DNA of 64,000 bases from assembly GCA_965112155.1 (NCBI GenBank), contig OZ218099.1; one strand, given 5' to 3'. Each line of letters starts with the position of its first letter. The first letter of the stretch is position 1. The notes under the pieces are model-generated. The model had not been told where the DNA came from. It did not search any database and worked only from the letters and a program-made list of their open reading frames with translations. The stretch is from Podarcis liolepis (Eukaryota). A program made the translations under genes and the position numbers. Shown here piece by piece: positions 11,450 to 24,700 of the stretch.

Positions 11450-14400
11450 ACGTGGGTTGTTTTTTTGTTTATTCTTTGAAACTTGACAAGCACTCTAACA
11501 TCTGTACTTGTGGAAACATCACAAGGAAACAAACAGGAATTCTAGATTTTTTTTTCTTCCTTTTAAACCTTATTAAAAATGAGGTTGGTCCTAAAAATAT
11601 AGAAAGAAATCAATTTAAATTCACAAAAAACTGTACATTATCAAAAATTCACTAAAACAAACACATTTGGTTATTCATATAAAAAGTGTGATGCCCCTCT
11701 TCCTGCTGTTCAGAGCATCTCACAGGATGTTGGGTTGGTTGGTTCCTTTCTGATATCAAATCAAGATGAAGGGGGAAGAAAAAGCCAGTAGTTGGATGAT
11801 AAGGCCAATTATTCTAGTTGCAATTCTCAAAATCCAGTTGGGGGGAAAAAATGCATGTAACTTTCAAAAAACAACAAGGTATTTTATACACTGACTCCCC
11901 TAATGAAGATCAAGATTAGGACAAACCTGGATTCATTCTTTTAAGGTGTGAGGGTTTGAATCTAAAAATTTTAACATTTCCATAACAAAACAAAACAAAA
12001 CAAAAGCCCAACAATTAACACTTCCAAACTCTCTAGAGCTTTCTCATAGCTGAGAAAAAAATCCCAACAGATCAGGGGGAAAAACATTGCTTTTAAAAAA
12101 AAAGACCCACCAAAAAGAAGCTGTTACAGCACAAGTTTAGATAAAATATAAATATTTATGCATAATATAAAGTCAGTTTCAAATAGACTTCAAATCTACC
12201 TCTTTATTTTAAAAGCAAAAACAAAACAAAACAAAAATCCCAAAATTTAAAATAAAATAAAGTTTGAGGTTATTTGATAGAAAAAGGCTACGTTTTGTTG
12301 AAAACAACTGGGGGTGGGGAGTGAGGTTGGGGTAGAGGAAGCACAGTAAGGGAGGTTTCAGTCTCCAGGCTATATCACCTGTGGCTGCATTTTACTTACA
12401 TCAGTGCTCTTGCAACTGGATTGGTCGACGCGGGTAGGGGGAAAACACAAACACACACACACACCCCTCATTCAATTGTAGCACAGGTGGAAATGCGGGA
12501 GGAAGGCCATCTCCTGATGGGACCCTGCCAGCCGTTTATCTGCCCCTAAGTGATACCCGTAATTTACAATGGTTTGAGGAGCTAGGCTGGGTATGAAAAG
12601 CAGCTAGGGAGTTAAGGTTACAGGAGATGTCCTTCCTACCACTCCGATCCACCTGGGTGGTGGAAGAAAAGTGAAAGAAACAAGTCGTTTCCTCTTTTAT
12701 CTCTCCTATATGCCTCCTTTGCATCTGCACCACGGCCAAGAATACTGGACCAGCATCCGGAAACAGACTGGAGAAAAACCAACCGCAGCAACGCCCCTGT
12801 TCCAGGACAGAGGCAGCTGGGGTGGACTAGGATGTAAGCCTATGACTCCTGAATACAAGAAGGGTCGGGTGAATCTGTTTCCCAGGCAGCAGTCTCCTTA
12901 GAAACCATTGCTCAGCAACAGCGTGAGGCTGCTGCTCTGGGACCAGGTTATTACTTCGAATACAGATTGCTAGTAGGCATCCATGCACCGTGAGGGGGGT
13001 GACTGATGGAGAGTTGCTGAATTGCAAGAAACGAGATGACCAATTATACTTGTTTAACAACTGCCTTGTGGACTGTTTGGGGTTTTTTTCTTTTTAAAAA
13101 GGCTAGAGACCTAAACATGTATTTTTAAAGACTTTGTTAAAACCGCATTCCCTCTTGCACCAAGTGGGAGCGGGAAGGATTGAACATGAGATCCCCTGGC
13201 TTCAGCCACAAATATTTGAATCTGCCAAGCGCTTAGCACCAGAAACCCAAATACAGAAAGTATCACAACTGCTTATTCGCATCAGGCTCCTTCTCATGCA
13301 ACAATCCACCAGAATGTCTCTTGCATAGGTTGGATAGCTAAGAATCCCATACCTGTACATTCATCTCCATGGAAGCTTGTGCAAGAGCTGTTCTTGGTGG
13401 ACTGTGCGGGTTGTTAAATCATTTCCCCGAAGCTGGAGCAATCCACTGCGTCAATAGAACAGGGCCTGGGGGTGGGACCCTCTACAGACCGCTCTATACC
13501 TGCTCAGGCAGCTTCAAAACAAATTCTGGTTTTGGTGGTTCTGGCACTGGAGTTAATGGTAGTTCATTGAAACAGGCTGCTCTTGCCCACGTGGCAAAAA
13601 TAACAATGAATGGGACCCACAATTATTTCTCCTCTGAAAACCATCAAAATCCAGTTGGAAAAGGGTTTAGAAAAAAGGCTAAAATGTTAAGAATGTTCAC
13701 ATGGGGTATGTATGAGTGGCGATCTAAGGTAAAATGCTATATAGAAAATGTAGACAAACGCTGAAAGGAAATACCTATGAATTCCAGATCTTTAGATTGA
13801 GGGCAGCTGTGGACATCCTGCAAGGCCATAGTTGGTGGAGGGATGAGCTTCGTCCTTTCATGCTTCTAGCATGCACTTGCATGTGCCCTCCACAGCGGCA
13901 TGCACCTCAAGAAGACACTCTCCCTTCACTTGCATGTAATGTCCAAAGCTGCCCTTCTAGATTGAATCTCAGTCAAGGTAACCAAAGGAGGCAGCACGAT
14001 TTAGACCCCACAGGTTAAAAATATGGTCAGGAGACAGGAACCTAACATGGAGGAAGATGAAATGGTGGCAGTTTTCCCTCCCTTCTAATGGGCTTAATCC
14101 CACATCTTGTCTCAAGGAGGAAATACCTACGATAGATTGGGAATGGTGTTCCAAGGCAGGAAACAACAATCCTACCAAACGTACAGATAGATTGCAGATC
14201 AAACTTTGTAGACAGTAGCCATCCCTGAGGAATAACGCTGGGGCAGAGTTGGGGGACGGGGGACAGGGTGGGGACAACACTCAATAAGGCCAGAATCCCA
14301 TGACATGATCTTCTGAAGAGCTGGAAGGGGGCATCAGAAAATCCTTCCTCCCAAAACGCAGGTTACATCAACCCCACTCCTGCAAGCTCCTTTACTTTGG

Positions 14401-15579
14401 TCCCTTGAAGCCTAGTGATACAATCCAGCAATGTTACCCACAACTAAGAGGGGGAAAGAGCTGTATTCTTGCAGCTGAGACTTGGGCACCGCAACGGACT
14501 CATGAGCTGCCCCTGCTGAAGTGTTCCCTGTGGAATCAGGGGTGGGGAAGAGGCTAGCAGGAAGGTTCATCCAGCTAAACTGGTTTGCGTGAGGGGGGAT
14601 TATCTGGTTGATACTGTCTTCTTGGTACACACTCGTTCTGGATTATTCCCATTTTGTTCAACTCCCTTAGAAACTAAATCTGGAATAAACCAATATTGAG
14701 CAAGGGGGGGTGATGTAGATTAACCAAATATAGGAGTGCAAGACCCCATTTTCATACAAAGAGCTCAAGCTATGGCCACCCCTCTGGAAGCAGCCCATCT
14801 TAGTTGAACCAAGAGAATGTGGCTCACAGGGGTGAGACCCTTGAGAAGGGAGTACATCTTGCATTCACATGGGCAGAAGTACCTCGACATCCTAACTCCT
14901 CCAGATGAACACCAGCTCTAAGCCATATACCCTTGGTTTCAGAAAGATCATTGGAAACTGGGGGAAGGAACCGTCCACAGCTACAGTGGTTGTTCAGCAG
15001 TGGTGGGGAGAAGAGGCCGGTTGAGACAGAGTTGGAAAGGGCAAAGGGGTGGGGTGGGGGGTAGAAGCAGCATGTTTCAGTGTCATCAAGGTTGTCATTC
15101 CCAGAGGCAGGAGTGATCTGCTTTATACATTTTCAACGCGACTCTAAAAAGGAGAAAAACTTAACGTTCACGTTACTGGCCATTAATGCATGGTACTGAC
15201 ACTGCACAGAAAAAAGTGTTCTTACACATTCACTAAGAACTATTGCTATTATTAAATAGCCCCAGCTAAGCTGGGGTTGTGGGTGGTTGTTTCTCCATTT
15301 GAAAAAAAGGAAACTTTTTTTTTTTTTTGGCTTACACAGTTCAGAGAGTTTGTGTTGTTTAGAGCGAAGAAGTGAGGGGGGGGGGCTTCTGAGGATCCAG
15401 GCGGTGAGTGAAGCCGCCCCATCGTTAAATGCCAATCCAAGTCCAATCATTGTGAGAGGGGGAAACATTAATCAGCAGGTAGCAAGATGGAGCTCCAGAA
15501 GAGACAGTGTGCAGCACAGGGTTTTGAAATGGGAGGGCTTCGCCTTTGGCTCCTCTCATCTCTCCCCATTCTGCCGGCT
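11450..15579 (-). other. BAZ2A: BAZ2A 3'UTR (~4.1 kb, end approximate)
   Basis: Follows the stop codon, has no recognisable TE, is U-rich on the minus strand in its distal part, and has AATAAA on the minus strand at 11468-11473. Confidence 0.7.
11468..11473 (-). terminator. candidate polyadenylation signal of BAZ2A
   Basis: minus strand ...tttcaaagAATAAAcaaaa at the end of the TE-free UTR block. Confidence 0.55.
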
Positions 15580-15748
15580 TCATGGGTTTGTCTCCTGTTT
15601 TCCCTGATAAAACTCCTCCCACCGGCTCTCAAAAAACTGGCGCATGGTCAGCCCTGCCTTGCCCACCTCGGACTCATCCTCATTAAAGGTCCGGCAGTTG
15701 TCGAACACTAGGGCAGCATCAGCAGCAAACTCCTCACAACTTGTGTAC
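15580..15748 (-). CDS. BAZ2A: BAZ2A last coding exon (bromodomain C half, stop)
   Basis: ccgcag|G TAC ACA ... CCA TGA; YTSCEEFAADAALVFDNCRTFNEDESEVGKAG...EFYQGKQETNP*. Confidence 0.96.
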
Positions 15749-18700
15749 CTGCGGAGGACAAAGAGAGCAGCAGTCAGCTTCCTGGAAGCAGCTAAGAAGT
15801 CCAGCACTCAGACAGAAACTGCAGGCGCCCTGCAACACCACAATCCCATCCCTTGGTGGTGAGGGCAGTCTCAATGCACACTGCTTTAGCCAGCTCTTAA
15901 TTACTGTGAATCAACCCTCCTCTCAAGCTCTCCCCCTCCCCTTCCTTCATTTCTTCCCAATAGCTAGAATGCAGGGGCAGATTATCATCATGTTATTACA
16001 TTTATACTACAACTTTCCTCCAAGTAGTGCACCTTTTCCCTGTTCTACCTCCACAACCACCCCTGTGAGGTAGGGTCTAGTCTTAAGTCACCTAGTGAGC
16101 TTCATAACTTAGTCGGGATCTTGTTTTTTGAATAAGCACTCAATAGTTCAGTTGATTAGAACGTAGTGCTGATAACGCCAAGGTTGCAGGTTCAATCCTT
16201 GTATGGGACAGCTGCATATTCCTGCAGGCATTGCAGGGGTTGGACTAGATGATCCTTAAGGGTCCTTTCCAACTGTACAATTCTATGATTCGACACCTGG
16301 TCTCCCAGGCAACAGTCCAACGCTACATTGCACCAGCTTCTTTTTCAACAGCAGTAAGCTATGGCGTAATTTGGATTTGGGACCTGTCAACTGTAGGAAT
16401 GACTACAGGACTGCAGTATGGCATGTATACATTTGGGACAATTCCACCTGTCTTTCCCTTGCTTGGGCTACCACCATTTGCCGGTGTCATTAGGAAAGGG
16501 AGGCGGCTGCTGAGCTTGAGCAGCCAGCGGCAGGCTAATTTACAGGAAGGTTTCTCAAATCTGAGACGTTAATTTACACTGTAAGAAATAGAAAGGAAAG
16601 ATCTTGTGGCATCTTAAGAACTAACACAAATTTATTTGTGGTGTAAGCTTTCATGAGCAAGAGTCCAGCTCATCAGATGTAAGTGCTTTCCAAGTTGGCA
16701 AGTATATACACATGGGTGTGGAAGAGGGGGAAATAAAGCCATGAAATCAGAGGGAAATAAATTTCTGAAAGTACAGACTGTGACAACTCTGATGAAACTT
16801 AAATATAGTCCGATCTTGCATATACAGTGGTACCTTGGGTTAAGAACTTAATTCGTTCTGGAGGTCCGTTCTTAACCTGAAACTGTTCTTAACCTGAGGT
16901 ACCACTTTAGCTAATGGGGCCTCCCACTGCCGCCGTGCCGCTGCCATGCAATTTCTGTTCTCATCCTGAAGCAAAGTTCTTAAACCAAGGTACTATTTCT
17001 GGGTTAGCGGAGTCTGTAACCTGAAGCGTCTGTAACCCAAGGTACCACTGTCTATTCCTACCAACGTGGGGCAATGCTCCATACACCCAGACTCTGGTCC
17101 ATTAATAAAGGGGTTAGTTTTCAAGATGCTACAGCACTCTTGGATGGTTTTTCTGAAGCAGACTAATACAGCTACCACCCCTCAAGATTTATTTTTTTAA
17201 AAAAATCTCTTCCAATATCATGCCCAGGTGGTGGATAAGACACTGCGCCTTTTTTCTAAAAAGTTTTAACTCAAATTTTGCATGACCGCAAAGGACACCA
17301 GCTTTGCGATCACTACCTCTGCCATTCCTACGTCACAACGCTTGACCTCCCCAAGGCAGGCCTCGTCACACTCTCCTTTCCTTGCGCAGCATCACCTTTC
17401 CCTCAGTAAGCCCTCTGGAGACCTCAAGTTTAGTAACTCTGCAAAAGAAGCCAGGCCCAAGGGCTGTGGTATACTGCATGGGACCACCATGAGGCGTACG
17501 CTAGCTCTACCTGCACAAAACTACCCCATTTGTAGCACACAAAACCCTCCAACCAGGACCAACCCCCACAATTAGAAAGGGGTTGTGTGAGCGCCATTTG
17601 GAATTGCAAACGCCTTGAGCTGGCCCTGCCACCAGCAAGCTCCTTCCCTGGACTCACCCGCCGCGCAGCAGCCGTGCCCTCATGGTGGCAAAGTCCATAG
17701 GGTTTTTGATGATCTTCCGATAGCCAGGCACTAGCCGGGGGTTAACTGGTTCCAAGAAAGGCCAGGCAGCTTCATGTGATTCCATCTCCATCAGGATGAT
17801 CCTGACAAAAAGGGGCCAATGTAAGAGTCAGGGCTAAAGAAACTGGAGAGCTTATTGGTCAAGCTGAGAAGGCCTCCCAAGGAGCAAGAGGAGCCCTAGA
17901 GGGGATTTACTGACACTCTAACCAAATTATTTGGATCATTCATGCACCGCCTACTAACCGAAGAGGTTCTTGCGGCAGCTTACTAATGCAACTAAATAGG
18001 CAAGGGTTGCTATAGTGGGCAAACATATACACAAGTTTCCCCCTCCGCTGCCTCTCTGCTTCTGAATCTCTGGGCCACAGCACATCTGAGAGGAAACAGC
18101 TGCTGCAGAAGCCCAATGTAAGTCCCTCACAGAGTGGGGCTGCTTCACCCCATGTCCGCTGTGGATGTCTCTCTGCGTGGCAGATGCAAAAAGCCCAGGG
18201 GAAGCAAATTTACAAGCCTTCCACAGCCCTCAGATGCTCCAGGTGCCACTCTGCTTCTGAATCTCTAGGCCACAGCAAGTCTTAGAGCAAATGGTCCTTT
18301 CTCTTCTCCATTCGAACCTAACTGAAAGCTTATCCCTATAGCATATTCTGCTCCACACCCATCTCCCCTGGACACCAACTCCGAGGTGACACTTACTCGC
18401 AGAAGGTGAGGTCGGCACTCTGGCCTCGTGTAGACACTCTTCTTCGCTTGGAAGGAGACAGGCCTTCACCCGAGTATCGGGGCGGTACATTGGCCAGGTT
18501 ACTGCGCTGCTGGTTTGCTGCTGACCGAGATCGGGGCCTGAGCTCCTCCTTTCCAAAAAAAGCCCCGGAACTTCCACCTTTTCTTTTCTTGCCGCGTCGT
18601 GGAGAGCCATAGTCATCCTGGTATTCTCTTTGCATCTGTACCATAGAGAAATTGGAGGGGCGACAGGGATGTGTGTGTGAGAGAGAGAGGGAAGTAAAGA

Positions 18701-21700
18701 ACCATAAACTGGTGAATTTAGGAATCCCACTTCAGGGAAGGGTTTCCCAAAGGCAGCACAAAAAGCCTAGAGCTATCTGCTAGGGATACGGCACGGTCCC
18801 ACACTGTTGCACACTCCCCACACGCTCCAACATTCAACACTCCCTCCCTTGGAATGCATCTCAGTACAAATTGTGGAGCAAAGGAAGCCCTGCCAGTCAA
18901 GGAGGAAGTATCAAAGAGTTTGGGATGGGACAGATTCTAGCCCACATGGAGCCAGCACCTGAGCGATGCAGAGGGAGCAGAACCAGTCACCGGCCGGCAC
19001 CTCGGTCATCTTGGGCCGGTGGCAGTAGAGGTGGCAGCCACGATCGCAGCTATCGCATAGCAGCAGGTTCTCATCATCATCCCCTTTCCGGCACACTAGG
19101 CAAGTCTGAAGGGCAGGGAGAACAAGGAGGGGTGAGGACCAGCACCACATTCAGAGGTCCAAGGCCAAAGTTGAGCTCCGAGAGCTCTCCCTTTTCCCTT
19201 GTTCCCCAAATTGAGCTCCTTCCCAGCTAGATTCATCCAAGCCACGGCTCTGCTCTAGCCAACCCCTTTGGAACAGAGAGATCTTTCTGCAGATCCCACA
19301 GCTGCTTCATCTCCTCCTAGTCCAGGCTTCAGCACACATGGGCCTCTAAAGGCCACGCAAGGAGGATCAACTCTCTTCTCTGCACCAGGGATTTCACCAG
19401 TTACCTATGTTCACTCTGATTTCTTCATTTACGCTTCCTTCTATTTCCTACCCCCAACCCAGTGCTCCTTCCTCACCGCTCTGACAACGGACTTCTCCCA
19501 GGCAATAGAACGCTCCAGCTGGTAGATGCACAGAGAAACTTGGGCTGCGCTATGGCATCTCTCCAAGGTCTGGCGCCACGTTCGCATCCGCGGTGTGATC
19601 TCGTATGAACTGCAGAAGAAAAAAATAGCAATCCATTAAGATGGGGGGAAGTCAATCCTGCCCAGCAAAGGAAATTCTTCACTTGGGAGTCTCTTGGGGC
19701 CATTCCAAATGGAAACATACTGTGAGAGATGGCAGGCCTTTGGCGCATCATCTGAAGCTCCAGGATGGAATCGTCAGGGGAATCTATAACTTCTGGCTCA
19801 GAGTCTTACTGCTCTAAACCATCTACATCCCTGTTATATTTAGTTCTCATTAACGTCCATCGTCGCATAGCTCATAAGCATGCTGCGTAAACATTAGAAA
19901 TCTGGTGAACTTTGACATTTATTGTTAAGCCTCAAAGACTTAAGTAGGCCCAAAAGGAAATCTAACAGTAGCCTTAAGTTCAAATCATTCTCATTTCCAC
20001 CATATGCACCAAAAAGGATATTTATCATACCTCAGGACTGAGAGAAACAGATTCTTGCCAATAAGATTTCTGACATTTCCTGCTGGGCCTTGTAAAGCCG
20101 TAAGACTTACTGGTAAATGTCAACATTCACCAGATTTCTCTCTTTTGCTGCAATGCATACATTTACCACTTTCTATTGCCTAAAAAGCCTCATGTCAAAA
20201 CAACCAACAGCAGCAGCTTTTTCCCTTTCATCTTAGTATCTTCTCAATGCAATCAGACTTGGAATTTATCAAGACTCGTGCCCCAACAAAGTCCATATTC
20301 TCCCATTTCCACAAGAGGTTTTTTAAATGTTAGTTCCGGTGGGTTTTTACTATTTTACTTTAATGTAAACTGATTTAGGAGTCCCTGGGTTAAAAGGAAA
20401 GGTATAAAAAAAGCTTTTTATAAATAGTGAGACGACCCTGATTCTCATTAGGAGTAAGGCCCTGGCAATTCAGTCAACAGTAAAAGAATACACCTACATT
20501 TCTGTGGTACCCAGCTCAAGGTTACTGGGGTTACTCAGCAAAGCTTTTTCTACCACCACCTCGTGAGGAGGCCAGAGGGGCTCTCTGAGGTATCTCCGCT
20601 CCAAGTTTTGCTCTAGCTCTGTCAGGCGAAGCACAGCTAGGTCTAAAGGGTTGGTGGTTTCACGCTTCATAGCTGGTCCTTCACGCCGGTTTTTTATGGT
20701 GATGTCTTCCAGAAGCTCCAGCTGATGCTCACAGTACTGCAAGTCGTTCCGAACAGAATCAGGTTCTGGACTTGTCCAGCCCTGGGGGGGAGGTAGAAAG
20801 CAAAAACGTGAGATCAGGGCATGGCAGGAAGAAGAGGGGGTTGTGACACACTCTGGGAACCCCAGATGCATTTGTGAATCTTCTTTCCATGTACCAACCG
20901 AAACCAGTTCCTGCAGGTACACAGTTTTCAAGGTTGTGCTACTCCTGTTGCCAATGAAAAATATTTGCACCAAATAATGATGGTGCCTCTGGCACAGATG
21001 TGCAAAAGAGCCCCCATGTACCAGAACACTCACAGTCTTAAGATAGCCCATCAAAACGAAGAAGCTTGAATCATCATATGGTGCTGCCAATGTACATGGA
21101 CCTCTATAGGTGCCACAACAAAAAAAGAGAAGTCTTTGCTCTCAAATTGATTAGCTTTCTGCAGGGCAGTGTAGCTGCAAAGGTGCCAGCTGGGGAGTAA
21201 TGCCCACATGCAAGAATGGAAATGCCAAGGTAGGATTTTAAGGTGACCTGGGTCATTTCTCTCCTCAGTTTTCCAACTCCAGAAACAAGGAAAGATCTGA
21301 ATGTATGTTTTAAATTGTTACGACAGATCTTAGCAGGCACCCCCCAGGGTGATCTGTACAACGTGAGGTCATCCCCCACCCCACCCACAAGAATAAGAAG
21401 AGTTATCAGGAGGGACCCAGCCTACCCTGGATCATGGTACCTACTCGGATCTGTAGATCAGCCATGAGTACCCGCTGCTCCAGCTCCTCCACCCACTGCA
21501 GAACAGACAGGTCTGCCTCAAAGGCCCGCTCAGCCATCGACCACTGGGCCAAGGTTTCCTGAGAGACAGGGTGGGCGGAATCCTCAGGATGGGTCTGGAA
21601 GATGGGATCTAGGTGGGAAGACCAGAAGAGTCCATTAGAGAAGTTAGGGATGTGGTAACGTGGCTCCCTGCCTCACTCCAGCCATACGATGAGAAGTTCT

Positions 21701-24700
21701 TACCATTGGCAGCTCGGGCACACACCTCCCGTAGGTACTCCTTGTGCTTGATAAGGTGCTTGTGCAGGGCTTTCTCGCGGATCCCTCGTGGGTGCAGTAC
21801 CTGCACCACGGCTTCCAGCTCTTCTGGATCCTGCAGCCACCACCAGCCACTCTGCATCTCTGCAAGGAAGAGAAGAATGGGGAGGGGGAGGTGAACCAGC
21901 TGAGTCTGGGCCCACTGAATAAGCCACCGTTTCCGCACAGCATGCCTGTTAGCTCCCAAGGTCTGCACTCTGGGTCTTGTGTCAGGTCAGCGTGCACACG
22001 AGGAACTGCACATCAGCAGCTTTCAAGGTTCAGGAAGCCTTTAAGTAATGTGGAAGACAACCATATCTAGTGAAGTACTTGAGGGGCTTGTCCTTAAGAA
22101 CAGATTTTTTAGTCCTCATGGGGGAAATGTGAAACTGCATTGACAGTTTCTACAAGGTCCTACAAACTGAAGACACTGTGGGGTGATGCTTCCAGGGGTT
22201 AGGAGATACCTATGGTCACTCATGGCGGATTCTCAGTCGCGTCTTCTTACAAATGGTAAACCATTTCATCTTCCCTCTCAATCCTTTTCCAACCCATGGT
22301 ATCAATAACTTCAGAGTACGCACATAGTACAAATTATACAGAAGAAAAGGAGATGTAAGTTTCCCTCACCTGGAGGTATAGGCTGTGCTGTCAACTGTGT
22401 CAAATATTTCTGCTCAATTTGCTTGAAGAGTTTTGTAGGGGGGCGCCCCCGCCGTCTCGGCTGCCCTAGAGGTTCCTGGCCTTTAACGGGGACGTCCTTG
22501 GCTCTTGAGGAGCAAGTACTGTGAATCCTGGAGCTGGAATGGAGAGGGGTGGAGGCCAGCTGTGGCAATGCTGGGCTGGCGGTGGAAAGGCCATTCAGCT
22601 GCGGAGAGGGAAAGATCAGGGTGCATCAGACAAGGCATGAGCTCTAACAGGGCTTTAAAGTCAATCTTCTAGTGGAGTTGCCATCTGCTCAAGGAGCTGC
22701 CTGGCTGTTTTTTCAATCATGCCAACACTTACAGGTTACTATGTGGGCTTGAAAAAAAACAGCTACTACCTTATCTGAAGTCATTTGTTGTCTTATTGCT
22801 AGCTATTATATACGAGTGGAAGGCACCAGGGAATGGTGTATATTAGCAGGGTAAGAGGATAACTAGATAGAGGACAATGAGATCAACAAAGGATGTTATA
22901 CTTTATCTATACCAAGTTGTGTCCCGAGGCAGGACCATCTTATAACCTAAAGCCACTTCCACTTTTGCCTTGAAAGCTTCGCAGGAAGACATCTACCCAC
23001 TCAACGAGAAAGCTCATTCTAAATGACTTTTCACGGTTAGGAAATCCTTCCTGATGACAACTCTAAATCTACCTCTTGAATTCTAATCTATTACTTTTTG
23101 TCCGATTCTCTATGAATAGTAGTTTCCAGACTGCTTCCTGTCTGAGAGTTCCTACCTTGAACAGATAAGAAATGCAGAGCAATTCAGAAATAGCGTTACC
23201 ACCAGCAACCCCATGCTCTAGTTGTTACATGGAAACAGACCACTCACAGGGAACTGTCCCCAGGATTCAGGTAAAGGCCCTGCATTCAATTCCTTGTATT
23301 AATGCAGGCACCATGTCCTTTGCTCCTCCACTGACCCAGGCAAGATCAGAATTGGAGCTTGCATTTCCTGGTAAAGGTCTCTAGATGACACTCACCTGTC
23401 GGGTCGAGGCCTTTGACTGGTCCCTGGTCGGGGGCTTGCAGGTATGGGGGGCAGCTTTTATAGAGGGTTGTTCAACGGAGGTAGTAATTGGAGAGTCATT
23501 ACAGGGTGCCCGGGGCAGCAGATTGAACCAGGCAACCTGTGTTTCTGTGGCACTTTCATCCTCTGCGGCAGAGTCTGGCAGCTCATCTGGGGGTAAGGGG
23601 TCCCCTTTGCCAGGGCTGCTGTCTGGGGTAAGCACAGAACTGTTGAGCAGCGAGGATGCCTGCTGGGTCTGGCTGAGCCAGGACAGGAAGGCCGACTGGC
23701 TGAGGTCATGCTGGGATTGGCCCATGGGCACACAATCCTCCAAAAATCCATTGACAGACATGGGGGCGGGCTCTGGCAACTTGGGCTCTGACGACTCAGG
23801 CAGCAGCATATTGTCCCTCCACGGCCGGCTCCATGACCAAGAAGTTGTGCCGTTTACATAATCAGTAACCGGTGGGGTCTCAGTGGTCTCTTGTTTGATG
23901 GGCAATGCCTCAGGTTCTTCCTCCTTCAGGGCCTCTTCCTTCTCTGGCACGTTCTTGGGTGTCTCAGGGGAAGCTGCTTGGGAGGCAACAAAAATGATAT
24001 CTCCCTAGGTTTTGCCACAAGATGGTGCTAAAAACTTATCTCAAAAATACAATGTCAGGGGTGGGTGCGGGGAGAACCTGTGGCCCTCCAGATGCTCTTC
24101 CATCAGCTCCAAGCAGCATGGCTGATGGTTAGAGATGATGGGAGTTGGGGAGGGTCCAATGTCACCTAAAGGGCCACTGCTTCCTCATCTCTGTATGGAG
24201 TGAAGGAGGCAAGCACAGGTACAGCAGATCTTTTTTCTTTTGGAAAGTATCTTCCCTGCCTCCACCCCCTGACTGCAAGGTAAACAATGATTCAAATCAT
24301 TTGTGGATGTGGGTGCAGCTTTCTTGAGCGGGTAGAACAATGAGAGAAAAAGCCGCCAGCGCACGAAAGATCAAGCATCAGCTTTTCAACAAGGGAGTCA
24401 TTGGCCAAATGTTATATACAGTGGTGCCTCGCAAGACGAAAAGAATCCGTTCTGTGATTCTCTTCGTCTAGCGGTTTTTTTGTCTTGCGAAGCAAGCCCA
24501 TTGAAGGATTAGCGGATTAGCGCTATTAGCGGCTTATCTGCTGATCGGATCAGCTGATAAGCGGCTTAGCGGCTTAGGAAAGGGGCGGGAGGAGGGGGGG
24601 AAACCGCAGTAACTCGCAAGGCATTGTCGTCTTGCGAAGCAAGCCCATAGGAGATTCGTCTTGCGAAGCACCTCCAAAACGGAAAACTCTTTCGTCTAGC

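Noticed and set aside
16144-16215. tRNA-Ile-like sequence (also on the minus strand near 10935-11003)
   Set aside because: Acceptor stem is missing or degenerate and it is fused to a CR1-like tail, so it is a SINE head, not a tRNA gene
23385-23861. 158-aa + strand ORF antisense to BAZ2A exon 19
   Set aside because: Shadow ORF of a coding exon; no independent evidence
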